A DNA stretch of 64,000 bases, taken from Diplonema japonicum (taxonomy: Eukaryota; Protista; Euglenozoa: Diplonemea). Shown in pieces: positions 21,934 to 33,891 of the stretch. Where the stretch lies: contig OZ025667.1 of the NCBI GenBank assembly GCA_964019335.1, positions 664,273 through 728,272 on the forward strand, in the 5' to 3' direction. The notes beneath the pieces were generated by a model. The model worked only from the letters and a program-made list of their open reading frames with translations, did no database searches and had not been told where the DNA came from. Made by a program: the position numbers and the translations under genes. Each line of letters starts with the position of its first letter. The first letter of the stretch is position 1.

Positions 21934-22399
21934 TTTTTTAAAAAGGGAAAAACAACCCGATCGTCGGAATCTGCTGCAGAGGCACACATTGGAAATAATT
22001 TCTGCCCCATAGGCAACGTCGCTTTCAAATGACTATGCCATTTGGACTGTAGGCACGTTGCCCTGTGATGGACGGCGTAGAAACGCATCTGTCTTAGCGG
22101 TCTTCGGCTCCTGCACAAACTCCCCTACCCTCTTCGGAGACCACAACCTTCTTTCCCTTCTGCCCCTTCACCTCCACCTGTTTGTACTTCGTGATGACGG
22201 TGTCGGTCCCCATGATTGACGAGTCAACTGTTCAACAGCGTAATCTGCGAGGCTCTGTTCACGGATATGCGCCTTTTTTGTTTCGCTTCTTCCTCCCTGC
22301 GGCTGTATTTTTCTGTTCTTTCGTGTTGTAGTGACAGGGCAGAGATGGTCACCTTCTGAACCTTCCCCTCCCTGAGGTGTGTCGCTTGACGCCGGATAC

Positions 22400-22950
22400 A
22401 TACCCCCAGTCGAGGAGGCCCCGTGTCATCTATGTTCGCAACCCCAGACTCTAAGCCACCTCCTGAATGCCAAGACGAAAAGAAAGGAGTCAGATCTTCG
22501 GTAGCTCCCTTCCTTCCCTCAAAGTCCTCCTGTCGACCGACGCCTGTAAGACTGCTCTTGGAGCGGCAGGGATCATTGTGAAAAAACTTATAAATTATGT
22601 AGTGGAATATTTATTATTATTATTGCCAAGTAACTGTCTGGTGGGTGGGATCGGTTTGCCAAGTAACTGCCTGGTGGGTGGGATCGGTTTTATTTTATTA
22701 AGAAAAGAGCGTGGTGAGGGGGTCCAAGTAATTTACTACAGGGAGCAGCGGACCAGGACCCCTCGACCAATGGCTCAGTAACAGAGACTGCTTTTCACGA
22801 ATCACTTTCAAACACCTCTCTTGGTTTGAAGTGATGTCCCTTTCCCTTTCCCTTGAATGGTTTTCTCTACTCCCCTTCGATCCTCCCGCCTGGTAGTGGA
22901 ATATTTATTATTTGCCAAGTAATTGTGAGTAATTATTATTTTTAAAAAAA
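22400..22950 (+). mobile_element. Degenerate second family C 3' fragment
   Basis: 22400-22580 is a decayed match to 20763-20960, and ~22665-22950 matches ~21580-21844; it also ends at tRNA-Tyr. Confidence 0.7.
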
Positions 22951-22956
22951 TGTAAG

Positions 22957-23039
22957 CCTCTCGTAGCTCAATTGGTAGAGCGCGCGACTGTAGAATATTA
23001 GCCATCGCGCGGCCGCTGGTTCGATTCCGGCCGAGAGGA
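22957..23039 (+). tRNA. tRNA-Tyr(GTA) with 10-nt intron, second copy
   Basis: Identical to 21851-21933; lies 28 nt upstream of PRL exon 3. Confidence 0.93.
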
Positions 23040-23067
23040 TTTTTTGATTTTATTTCTCATTTTGCAG

Positions 23068-23388
23068 GACAGCAATGGATGGTTCTTTGAAGACGGTGCA
23101 CCTCCCCCAAAGGAAGTGCTCTCGAACTGGATAAACCTGCTAGAAAAGGAGTTTGGAATCAATAACCAAGTTATAGAGGTCGATGCAGCGGCGGACGGCC
23201 CTGTCCCCAGCCCTGATCCGGATGACACAAAACGGTGTGTTGGGGTGCACTGTATTGCAGGTCTTGGGAGGGCCCCGGTGCTGGTTGCTGTTGCACTGAT
23301 CGAGCTTGCAGGTCTTCCCGCGTCTGATGCGGTCTCGCACATTCGAGAGGCACGCAACCAAGGCTGCTTCAATCAAGAGCAGTTAAAG
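23068..23388 (+). CDS. PTP4A: PRL/PTP4A phosphatase, exon 3 (catalytic)
   Basis: TTGCAG acceptor ends at 23067; WFFEDGAPPP (WPD-like loop) and VHCIAGLGRAP P-loop; GT donor at 23389. Confidence 0.92.
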
Positions 23389-23432
23389 GTATAAGGAAGT
23401 GTAAGAAATAAAAAAGTAGAAAAAAACCACAG

Positions 23433-23504
23433 TGGCTACTAAAATACAAAAGGATGAGGAAGCCTAAGAAATCCGGCAAATCTGAGTGCTGCTGTGTACA
23501 GTAG
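23433..23504 (+). CDS. PTP4A: PRL/PTP4A phosphatase, exon 4 (polybasic tail + CaaX)
   Basis: After the 44-nt intron 23389-23432 (GT...CCACAG): WLLKYKRMRKPKKSGKSECCCVQ*, ending in the PRL-type CCVQ prenylation motif. Confidence 0.88.
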   Translation, partial: WLLKYKRMRKPKKSGKSECCCVQ

Positions 23505-23888
23505 GAAAGGATGCGAGATGTGTGCAATAATGACGGCAGTGCACCACAGATTCGTGCTGTGCACGCCGATCCAACTACAAAAAAAGAGAGCAAGAGGGAG
23601 ATAGGTAGGTGAAAAAATAATGAAAAAAGGGTAAAATCAAAAGAGTCTTCTTCTTGTGCGGATCGTTCTTTCTTCATTTCCTCTAACCATGTTCCCCTTC
23701 GTTTTTTCTCTTTTTTTTTCCATCTTCCCACTAGTGTGAAGGTCAAGGAGAAGGGTGCGTTTTTTTCTTTTCTTTTTCCCTTATTTCTTCAAGTTCGTTC
23801 TAATAAGAATTAGAAAATATTGGTGCCTATAAAAAAAGAGCAATGAGGGTATCCTCCGTATCTCTACTTTCCTCGGATTGGCGACCTA

Positions 23889-23890
<2 letters not shown>

Positions 23891-23919
<29 letters not shown>
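23891..23919. repeat. (AT)n microsatellite
   Basis: Perfect AT run. Confidence 0.9.
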
Positions 23920-23921
<2 letters not shown>

Positions 23922-24599
23922 TATGGGTTCTCCACCGTGTTCCCCCTGCATAAAAAGTTGTTGAGAGTTGTTGAGTTCCTTTAGGAAAGCGTTCTAAACT
24001 TTCTGTCGGAAGATTCCCTCCCCTTTTGGTTTCTAAAAGTAAATTCCAAAGGTACCACCGCAGGCTTGCCGTGAGGTTTTTGTGGTTTTACACAGATAAA
24101 CTATTTCACAACGAGTGCTTAACTTTCCTTTGGGTACCAGGAAAAAGAGAAATAATTTCCGACGGAAAGTTTATGACGGCCTTCCCCTTCTTCCCTCTTT
24201 TTCTTTTTTTTCTTTCTCTTTACGCTTTCCCTACCCTCCCAACCCGAATGATTCTGTTTTCCTTTCTTTCTTTCTTTTATCTCTTTCTTTCTTATCCCGT
24301 TCTTTCCCGGTCCTGAGGATGGTCTTAACCTTTTTGTTTCACGATGTCTTACCAGAGGAAAGACGGGCAAAGCGTTAAGGCCTCTCAATTGCGATGTTTG
24401 TAATGCTGCGAAGGTAGCACCTATAGAAGTTACAAACGTCAGCCAGGCACAACGGACAACGACCCCAAAGGGGGAGCATCATAAGGTACCGCGGTGAGCC
24501 GTTGCAAACCACTTCGTTTCCTATCATAGTGATTTTTTTTTTCTCTTTTTCCTCTCAGGGGGGTGTTGGTACTAAAGAAAAGAACCAAGTAGAGAAAAG

Positions 24600-27463
24600 A
24601 TGGGAAAGGGTGAAGGTTGCTGCGGGAAGTCGTTCAACCCCGAGATCGGTGGCAAAAACGCGCAAGTTTTGGAGGGTGACACCGGGAAATGGTTGCCATG
24701 CGAAGTGAAAGATATACAGGGCGGGGGTTGCTGCGGTGGGGCGAAAGAGTACGTTGTTGATTACACACCGTCTACGGGAGGTTTGAACCTGGAAACGATC
24801 ACTGTACCGATCGCAAAGCTAAGGGAAAGAGAAGCGGCCATTAAGTTGGGTCCGGACGGGCTTCCCGACCTCGACGCTGGAAGAGGTTGCACAGATTGCC
24901 TTTGCTTGATCTTTTTCGCTGCATTCGCAGCAGGCTGGGTCTTGCTCGCCACCATCGCCATCGACAAAGGAAGCCCTATCAGACTACTCATGCCGAACGA
25001 TTTCCGTGATGAGATTTGCGGCGAGTTCCAACCCCGCACCGACTACCCTGAATGGTTCGTCCCAAAACCCGAATATAAATTAACCTACGGCATCTGCGTC
25101 GCGAAATGCCCCACACCAGGCGACATTGTCTGCAACAATGACTGGTCCAACATGGCAGCCTTCGAATCATCTGGTTTAAAGTGGAACACGGATCCTGTCC
25201 CTTCCGACTGGGGTGTAAACAACAAAGTCTACGAAATGAACGCAACCGAGGTCGAAGAGGCCAACGCCGTCTTTCCATTATCGTCGTACAGCCCGGACTT
25301 CGGAAACGGTACCACCGGCACCATAGCAAAGGTGCTGTCAATGTGGCCGAACATTCCTTTGGATGTGTTGGACCCCGTTGGGACAATTAGAAACTGTGAT
25401 TGGAGGGAGTCGAAATTCGGACCTACAGCGACGATAGCTGACAGGTTAGTCGGCGAGGCTGGGTACCCTGGTGGAAAGGTGTGCACGGAACGTGAGAAAT
25501 ACCTTCTGAAGAAGATGGTCGATGTCACCCCGCTGGTTGACAGCTTCAACTGTTTCTCGGCGACGTACCGTACGGACGATCTCGTGCACCGTTGCGTTCC
25601 GCTTTCGAACGACCGTGAGCAGAATTCCTCGAAGGCTTCGCAGCTTAAAGCCCTTGCACAGTCGTCCGCTGCAGGGAGATACTTCAGTGATGGGTTTGGC
25701 GAGCTCAAAGCATGCTGGCGAGTTCTCCTCATCTCCGCCTTCACAGCCATCATCATCTCCTTCATCTGGCTTCTGTTACTGCGCATTATGCTACGCCCTA
25801 TTGTCTACACAATCTTGCTTTTAATCCTCGCGGTCTTGATCATTGCCGGGTACGCATGCCATGTTTACGCCAATAACTTGGAAGATGTGACCTTACCTGG
25901 CGACACGTCGCATGACGAACAAGTCAAAACATGGAGAGCCTTCTCGTACGTGTTCTGGGGAGTATCCTGCGTCTACTTCGTTGTCATGCTGTGGTTGATC
26001 TCGCGCATCAGAATCGCCATCTGCGTGCTGGAGCAGGCGTCGATGGCACTGTTTTCCGCCCCGTCGGTATTGGTCATCCCTCCGTTAATGTTCATAGCCA
26101 TTGTAGGCTGGCTAGCTTGGTTCTTAGTGCTAGCAGCGTATATTCAGACGGTTCAGGACGTAACGACGGATACATTTTTAAAAGCTGCAGCGCCTGCAAC
26201 GGACACAATCACGGATACACTGGGGGATCTGTTGAACAAAACGGATTCGGTTCTGTCGCTGTCTCCTGAACTTCTTGACATCGCGACAAATCTTTCCGAC
26301 ACGGTGACCAGCGCCACAAATGTAAGCGATGCTCGGAACGGTTCCCTAGACGTCGACTCTACCACGGTGATACGATACATGCACGCATACAATTTCTTCG
26401 GGTTTTTGTGGATGGTTCAATTCTTTATCGCGATGGCTTTCTTCGTGATATCGGGCGTTGTCATCATGTGGTTCTGGTCGGCTTCTACAGCGGAGATCCT
26501 CTCTGGAGAAAAATCGAAGTCCACGGTCCCCTTTGCTATGAAGAACGCCTTCTACCGCATGATACGGTACCATCTAGGAACGCTTCTGTTTGGAAGCCTT
26601 CTTATCGCGATTATCCAGTTTGTTCGCGCGTTGCTTCTGTACATTGAGCACCAGCTGCCGGAGGAGCTCAAGGAATCAGCCTCGTTCAAAATCGTGAAAT
26701 GTCTTGTTCACTGCTTCTTGGCGTATCTGGAGCGAATCGTTAAAATTATCAACAAGAACGCCTTTATCATCACAGGCATCTTTGGGACATCCTTCTGCTC
26801 GTCCGCTCGTCGTGCGTTATGCTTCCTTTTGGCGAACATCGCCAGAACAGCTGTACTGACCGCAATGGCTGAAGTGGTAATGTTCCTCCTTAAGATTTTC
26901 ATCTGCGGTGCGAACGTGTACCTTGCCATGTTGATGATCAAGGAGGAGTCTTTGACAGATGATGAGAAGATCGAGTCGGTATGATCGATACAAGAAAAGT
27001 TTCAAAACTAAAAAAAAATCCAGGGTCTGTTCCCGCTCTTCTTCGTTCTTTTGATCTCTTTCGTCATAGCTGTGATTGTGATGAATTGTTACGACACATG
27101 CATAACAACGGTGTTTATGTATGGAAGCGGGCGGCAAAAAAAAAAAAAAAAAAACGGGATATAAAAAAAAAGGTGCTCCCTTGTGGACGAAGACAGAGCT
27201 GGAGATGGAGGCGATGCATATGTCTCTTACGTTCCACCTGAACTTGCAACTTTGATGGATAATGTATGGGGGAAAAAAAGGAGAGAAAAAAGAAGAAGAA
27301 AAAACCACAGTTCAAAAACCTCGGCGACATCGAGGCTGAGTACAAGGCTAAGTTGCGTCATGCTACAGCCAGCGATAATAAGAAGGGTGACGCGAAAAAA
27401 CCGGCCAAGAAAACCCAAGTCCATCCAAAATCGGAAAAAGCCCCTGACCAAGGGGAGTCATAA
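24600..27463 (+). CDS. Choline transporter-like protein (CTL/SLC44 family), 4 exons
   Basis: RGCTDCLCL, Cys-rich ectodomain, RYHLGTLLFGSLLIA, INKNAFI..G.SFC. Exons 24600-26978, 27024-27118, 27173-27263 and 27311-27463 join in frame. Confidence 0.9.
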
Positions 27464-28710
27464 TGAGAGAGAGAAAAAAAAAAGAAAAAAAAAGAGGTGA
27501 AGGAATAAGAGGGAAACAAGTCACCTTTTTTCCTTTTTTTCTTTTTTACTTTTTTAATTTTTTTTTTTTTATACTTTTTCACTTCTAGTAGCAGACTCTT
27601 CTTTTTTTTCCTTTTTTTTTTTCCATGCGAAGAGACGGAATGCAGGGGTTGAAAAAAGGGGAGAGCCTCAAATGATGAAATTATATTTACTTGGTCGACG
27701 TGAGTCTCTGTGCCATCCCCCCCCCCCCCCCCCCCCACCTGCCTCCTGCGCTACTGCCGTGGGTAGGAGATAGAAAGGCACTTGTATAAAGGTTTTCCAG
27801 AATCGTTTCTCTTTTTCTTTTACCTTGCATTACGTTATTCTCAATCGCCCACGCCACGTGTGTGATCCATACTTTCTTTTACAGTTTTTTTTGGGAAATG
27901 TATGCATGGATCTAAGAAAAAAAAACACAATAGAATGATGCCGGGAAGAAAGGGGGGGGAAAAAAGAAAAAAGAATCATCCAATGCGAGCATCCCTTTCC
28001 CCTTCCTTACAGTACTCTTTTTCTACGAATTACTCATATCCTTCCCCTCCCCCCCATCCCCCTTTCTTTATTTCCCTTTACCTCGAAAGAAAAGAATTTG
28101 AACACATCTGTTATTTCTTCAGTACTTTTTTTTTTTCTCTTTCTTTCTTTCTTTCTTTTGTTTTGTTTTTTAAGTCTTAAAAAAGAGGGTGTTGAAAAAT
28201 GTAAACCGGAAAAAAAAAAAAAAAAAGAGTCCCAGACAAAGAGGTTTACAATAGTTTTATTTTTTTTAAAAAGCTCTCTTTTTTTTTGCATTGCCACCAT
28301 TGTTTTATTCTGTTTTTACAAAGAGGTTAAGGGGAAGGGTTTGTGCTGAGAAGGAGGAGACGGAAGAGGAAGAGCGAGGCAAGTGACGACATTTTTTTTC
28401 TCTCTCTCTCCTTTCTTTTTCTTTCTCCCCCCTTTTTTTTACAGATCCTGTACCCTCCCAGAGATGATGGGGAAAGGAATTCTTTACATTTTTCTCCCCC
28501 CTCCCCTTCCTATTATGCCAGAAGAAAACGAAGGGAGAAGAAAAAGAAAAATCGAAAAGAAGAGAGGGGGAGTGAAAGAAAATGACCCCCTTTCACATTT
28601 TTTTCGTCCCTTCTAACAAAACCAACTTCTTTCTTCTCTGCATTTTTTTTTATTTTTTTATTTTTATTTCCTTTTCCTACAAAACACTACAGGGAAAAAG
28701 CAGAAAAAAA

Positions 28711-29637
28711 ATGAGTGTTGCGAACCCTGTTCGACAGATAAGCTTCAGCCAAGATGGCAAAATATGCTGCGACGAAGGGGTCTTGTTTTCGGTGGAGAAT
28801 GGCAGGGTCTTGGACGAAATCCCTGAAAAATGCACGCATGTAGGGATGTTTGGAAGCAGCAACGCAGTGGCCGTGGTTAAAAGCAGCACCCCGCATGAGC
28901 TGTGCATTACGGACTTAACCACAGGGGAGACCACAACGAGGATAGGGTGCACCGGAGAAGTGAAACTACTGCGGGTACACAACAAGTTGATCGGCATTTC
29001 TTGCAAGGTCGACGACCTCAACAACCAGTTATACGTTTTCAAATTGCAGGAACCGGGCAACCCTTTTGGCGGCGTAGAATTGCTTTTCGAAACAGCTATC
29101 CTTGGGTTCGATTTTGCGCTGGCGGATGATTTTGTTGTTTGCACCATAAACGAGAAAGTGGCGTTGGTGAGGATTGAACTGTCAACTGCAACGGAAACCA
29201 TCCTCGTTCCGGATTATACATCAGAAGCACCGTCGTGTGTGTCTTTCAATGGTAAACAGGTGTTTGCGGTGTTTGCGGCGGCTTCGCGGAAATCGTTGCA
29301 GCTGTTTGAGAACTTTTGCGACGGGGAGCCCCCGACCCCCACAACGGTCATCAACTCTGTTTTCGAGCATCTCGCCATCCCCACGAACCCTGACTGCCAT
29401 CTCGTGTTCGTGGGCAGCTCGACCACTTATCTGTATACGTTGGACAAGCAGAATAGGAGCAAGTACTTAAACATTGGCTTCAAACCCTGTGCCCTCACCG
29501 TGACCTCTTCCCACGCAGTTGCGGCGCAAGTCAAGAGCGGCGTCACCACACTGCATTTATTCAAGTTGTCTCCTTTGGAGGCCGACGGTGTCAGCACGCT
29601 TCACCGAGAGTATGAACACTACTCACAGGCGGAGTGA
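28711..29637 (+). CDS. Divergent beta-propeller protein, ATG18/WIPI-like N-terminus
   Basis: ISFSQD, VGMFGSSNAVAVV, EVKLLRV and LYVFKL resemble PROPPIN blades 1-3; no F/LRRG motif. Confidence 0.55.
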   Translation: MSVANPVRQISFSQDGKICCDEGVLFSVENGRVLDEIPEKCTHVGMFGSSNAVAVVKSSTPHELCITDLTTGETTTRIGCTGEVKLLRVHNKLIGISCKVDDLNNQLYVFKLQEPGNPFGGVELLFETAILGFDFALADDFVVCTINEKVALVRIELSTATETILVPDYTSEAPSCVSFNGKQVFAVFAAASRKSLQLFENFCDGEPPTPTTVINSVFEHLAIPTNPDCHLVFVGSSTTYLYTLDKQNRSKYLNIGFKPCALTVTSSHAVAAQVKSGVTTLHLFKLSPLEADGVSTLHREYEHYSQAE

Positions 29638-31029
29638 CGGCTCACATGAGATTGTACACATAAGATTTTTTTTAAAGGTGGTTTGTAACGCGGAATCTTG
29701 GTTACCCTGGGAGCTCCGACTAGGGTTGAGCTGCACACCACACGACATGACGCAGAACGCAGCAGAAGCTACAGCTCGGCCGAGGTGCGCCCCTTAGTAG
29801 ACAGTTCATGCTGCGTTTGAACGCTGCTTAGTGTTGCAATCAAAGCCCCCCCCTTTTTTTTCTTTTTTTTTTCAGTGCCCTCAAGAGAGGGTGTCCCAAG
29901 TGTTTTTTTTTTCTTTCCAGAAACTACCATGGTATGGTGAGGTGGGGATATGTTTTGTTATCAATGTGAACGGTGTTCCCCCTTTCTTTCTTTTCCCCCC
30001 ATTTGAAAGTAGCCTGCTATCCTCCTGGGGGTTAGGACCTCGCACAAGCACAGGGTGGTGCACCTGCCCTTCACAACGAACTAAAAATCCTAGCACATAT
30101 GTCTCATTATTATTTATTTTTACCCTCATATCTTTGAAAAATGAATGGGTTCCAACACAGAACAAACGGAATAATAATATAAACAATGTAAGAGTCCTAG
30201 CACAGGTACCAAATACTGCTTCCTCTCCCTCTCCTTCAGCCAAATACAACAAGAACAACGTGTGGAGGAGAATCATTGCCCGGAATTGGGCAATTTCTTC
30301 TTCTGCCAAGTTCTTGTTATGTTTGTACTGCATAAGCTGTGCTGCACGGAAAGAGTTGATATGAGGGAGCTTCTTCTAGTAGTTCAGAAAAGGTGCCATG
30401 AATTACAAAGATCATCCGTCTCTAGCACTGCCTCACTCTCCATCTTCACAGATGTCGTTTTTCTCTACCTTTCTTAGGAGATCCGTCGATTCTTTGTCCA
30501 CAGCTGTGTCGCCTCCGCGAGGATAGAAACGACGGGCTTCTTCGTCCGCATCTGGGATAGAGAAGATACCTTTTCACGGAACTCAGGTTCGCCTCACTTT
30601 CGCCTCGCTTCAGGGTGTACACCAAAACAAAAATACTGAGATGACGGTATCGACACAGAGCAATGGTGTAGAATCCGAAAGCAAAACCAGAGAATCAGAA
30701 TGAATTGCCTTCTACTGCACAGAGGCAGCGTATCGATCACAATACCGAATAGGATATTGACATCGTGGACAATGGCAGAAAGGAAATACTGGATAAGTTG
30801 TCAACACATGAATACGATGCCACATGCCCTCTCTGGCAACGCAGAAGCACCCGGGTCACCTACAAAGCGGATTCCTATCATAGTGAATTATTATTGCTGC
30901 GTTATTGCTGTATTATTGCTGTATTATTATTATTATTAGAGAAAAGCAACGTACCCGGCAACCAAATAACTTTCTTCCACCGCCCACGGTTACCTCTGAC
31001 ATAAATAAAATCAGAAAAACTCAATCAAC

Positions 31030-32545
31030 ATGACTAGTGAACTGGTGACTTTATTAAGAACTCGAAGAATGTTGGTGCAGAGGTGGATCGACGCCTTGAC
31101 CAAAGAGATCGAGACACAGGAGAAGGAGATCAAGGATCTGCAGAAGGTAGCTGATGCTGCAGAGACTGCCTGCAGAAAGAACCCGGATGATGATAATGAA
31201 GAGAAGCAGAAGCGTGCTAATCGCGACCTGCAAGATGCCAATACCGAGATGGGCAAGCTGAAGGATGAGAAGAAGGACTACAGCGAGATGCTGGACGCTG
31301 CGGTCAGAGGAGGACAACTCGAGGTATGTTGCTTGAACAATGTATAACCACTCACCACAGGCAGACTTGGAGACCTTCATGGATGGACTGAAGGGGATAG
31401 AAGTTGTGGCACCAGATGTGGATACGGAGAGGCGTGTTGGGCGTGAAGGCTTTGATCGAAAACTGCTTAAAATTGCAGTCCAGCAGCTCGAGGAAAAAGT
31501 GAGATACAAGTTCCTCCTTACACACGAGGAGAAAAAAGCAATCAGAAGCGATACCTTTGGCGTGGAGGAAGTGATGGGGAGGCGCCTGCTGGCTGTTGTG
31601 ACAGCTCTGTTGAACACAGCCAAAGGGGACCTGTCGAACTTGGATGGAGCGGATGGTGTGCAGAAGTGTGCTCTTACAAGATCAGCGTGGGACGACTTCT
31701 GCAAGAAGAAGCTTCACAGGATCTCAACCGTGATGTCAAAAAGGGGCTGAGTCGCCAGCTGCAAAAGCTGAAAGAGCTATCAAACGGAAGACAACTGGTT
31801 CTGCTGGTTGCTGTTGATGAGGCACAACAGCTTGATAAGATACTCAAACCGGACAAAGGGAGAAACAGCGGTGGTGGTGCACGTCTTGCACTTCGCTACC
31901 TCCGCGAGTTGTCTTTTCATTCGCTCGAAAATGAAACCCTGATCCTCCCGATAGCAACGGGGATCAACCCAGAAGTGTGCCTGTCTACGGGCAACCGTGG
32001 TACGAACACCTGTCTAGGAGAAGGAGAAGGCGAGGCGATGATGACACCTGAGGAGTTCGAAGAGTTTGCGTTGCTTGAACTTAAAAAGGTAAATGCCCAA
32101 GCCCCCGGTTTCTATAGCTACTATCAATCTCTTTTCTACCCCCGCGTGGGTGACTTCGTTCCCCGCTTACAGAGAAACCATCCCCTTGACCATCCCTTGC
32201 CGTTATAAGAAAAATGGTGTGGATGCACGTCTCGTCCTTGACTAGCTATGTGCAGTTGAGGGAACGTTTACAGATTGACAAAAAATCCATTCCGGCGGCG
32301 ATCACAAACATCCCACTGGCCAGCCTGGGTGATTCTGCTTTCTGTTTCGAAGAGTCAGCGTAAGGATGCTTGCCGACTTCATCGCAATCTTTGGTAACAA
32401 CTTTGAGAATCTACTGCTACGTCCGATGTCAAAAGACAAAGATCTCACAAAGGTACTCCGAGAGTGGATTGGGATGGAATCCATTAATTTGAAACATGCT
32501 GCGACGCTCACTGGGAGAAACCGCCACCCGTTCGCAGGGTCTGGG
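31030..32545 (+). pseudogene. Degenerate coiled-coil + P-loop/AAA-like (Walker B) gene
   Basis: Exon 31030-31323, 37-nt GT-AG intron, in-frame exon from 31361; frameshift near 31740; LVLLVAVDEAQ Walker-B-like motif; stops from 32208 on. Confidence 0.45.
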
Positions 32546-32547
32546 GG

Positions 32548-32567
32548 ACTACTACTACTACTACTAG

Positions 32568-32608
<41 letters not shown>

Positions 32609-32609
32609 G

Positions 32610-32690
<81 letters not shown>
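32548..32690. repeat. (CTA)n microsatellite
   Basis: About 47 near-perfect trinucleotide units. Confidence 0.95.
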
Positions 32691-32741
32691 GACGAGCATT
32701 ATAAGCTTCGTTTCCTATCACAGTTAATTATTATTACTGTA

Positions 32742-32772
<31 letters not shown>

Positions 32773-33426
32773 CATCCGGACAGTATGCACACAGGTTGGC
32801 AATGTTGCCAACTTGTTTTCCTCCCTCCCTTCTCCAAGCAGCTCTTTTTATTCATATTTATATTTCTGACCTTAGTCCCTCCTCCTACTTATCATTGTTG
32901 TAATACACCTGAGGACGATGGCAGCGATGGAAGGGTTGCCCAAGACGGATAAGGCGGGAAGGGCATGATCCCTTGATCCTTAGTGTTTATTATTTTCCTC
33001 TCTTGATAACCTTAGGCCTCGCGTTGCTTTTGTAGTATCAGCTTCGCGGACGTGTGTCCCCCTTCTTCCCCTGTCCCCCCCCCCCCCCCCCCCCCCCACC
33101 TTTTTATTCTTCCCTTGCAATATCATTTCAGCCGGCTGGCAGCGTAGCAGGGGGGGGGGGGGGGGGGGGAGGGGGGTGCACTGATCATGGTGTTCAAGCT
33201 AATCTTGTTCCTACATGTTTCTCTTCTGCTTCTTCATTCTTCTTTTCCCCCTTGTCACTCATACTTATTGCTATGACTGCTTGAGTGTCAAGCCCAAGTC
33301 GTCGTACCTTGTCTTTCCTCGTCAGTCATGACATCTTCTTATGGTTGCTGCCCCCCTTTTTTTATTTGCTCAGATAATCAAAAGCAAAAAAAAAGTGTGT
33401 TTAACCCGGACGAGCTCATATACCCC

Positions 33427-33548
33427 CACGGAAACGGAAACGTTTCCTTATGTTTCCTTAAGAAGGAAGCCGTTTCCATAAGAATTTTGAAAAGTTCGGA
33501 AACGGGAACGGAAACGGGAACGGGAACGGAAACGTTTCCACGTTTCCT
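33427..33548. repeat. GGAAAC/GGGAAC hexamer cluster with GGAAACGTTTCC palindromes
   Basis: Repeated ACGG(G/A)AAC units and two GGAAACGTTTCC palindromes. Confidence 0.7.
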
Positions 33549-33563
33549 GCCAGCATAGCCCTA

Positions 33564-33891
33564 GGGGGGGGGGGGGGGGGGGGGGGTCATAAGGGGGTCG
33601 TTATTTGCCCTTTTTCAGGCTCTTCGCCAAGGGCATTTTGGGCCCTTAAAAAAACTGAAACATAAAATAGGGGCCCCTAGGATTACATAGGGAAAGTACC
33701 AAACGGGGGCCCCAAAATTAGAACATGATTCTGGGCACTTTTGGGGCCAGAAACCATCGGCAAACGGGGGTTTGGGTGATTTGTGGGCACTTTTGGGGTG
33801 GTTACAGTTTTTTTAAGGGCCCAAAATGCCCTTGGCGAAGAGCCTGAAAAAGGGCAAAAAGTGGCCCTTTTTAAGGACCATATGACCCCCC
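33564..33891. mobile_element. MITE-like element with terminal inverted repeats and TA flanks
   Basis: Perfect 54-bp inverted repeat 33604-33657 / 33805-33858; outer ends GGGGTCATA / TATGACCCC; TA on both sides; no ORF. Confidence 0.75.

Noticed and set aside
32366-32704. Poly-Leu/Ser/Val ORFs
   Set aside because: Translations of the (CTA)n microsatellite.
33427-33548. CRISPR array or telomeric repeat
   Set aside because: No repeat-spacer structure, and the unit is not TTAGGG-like.
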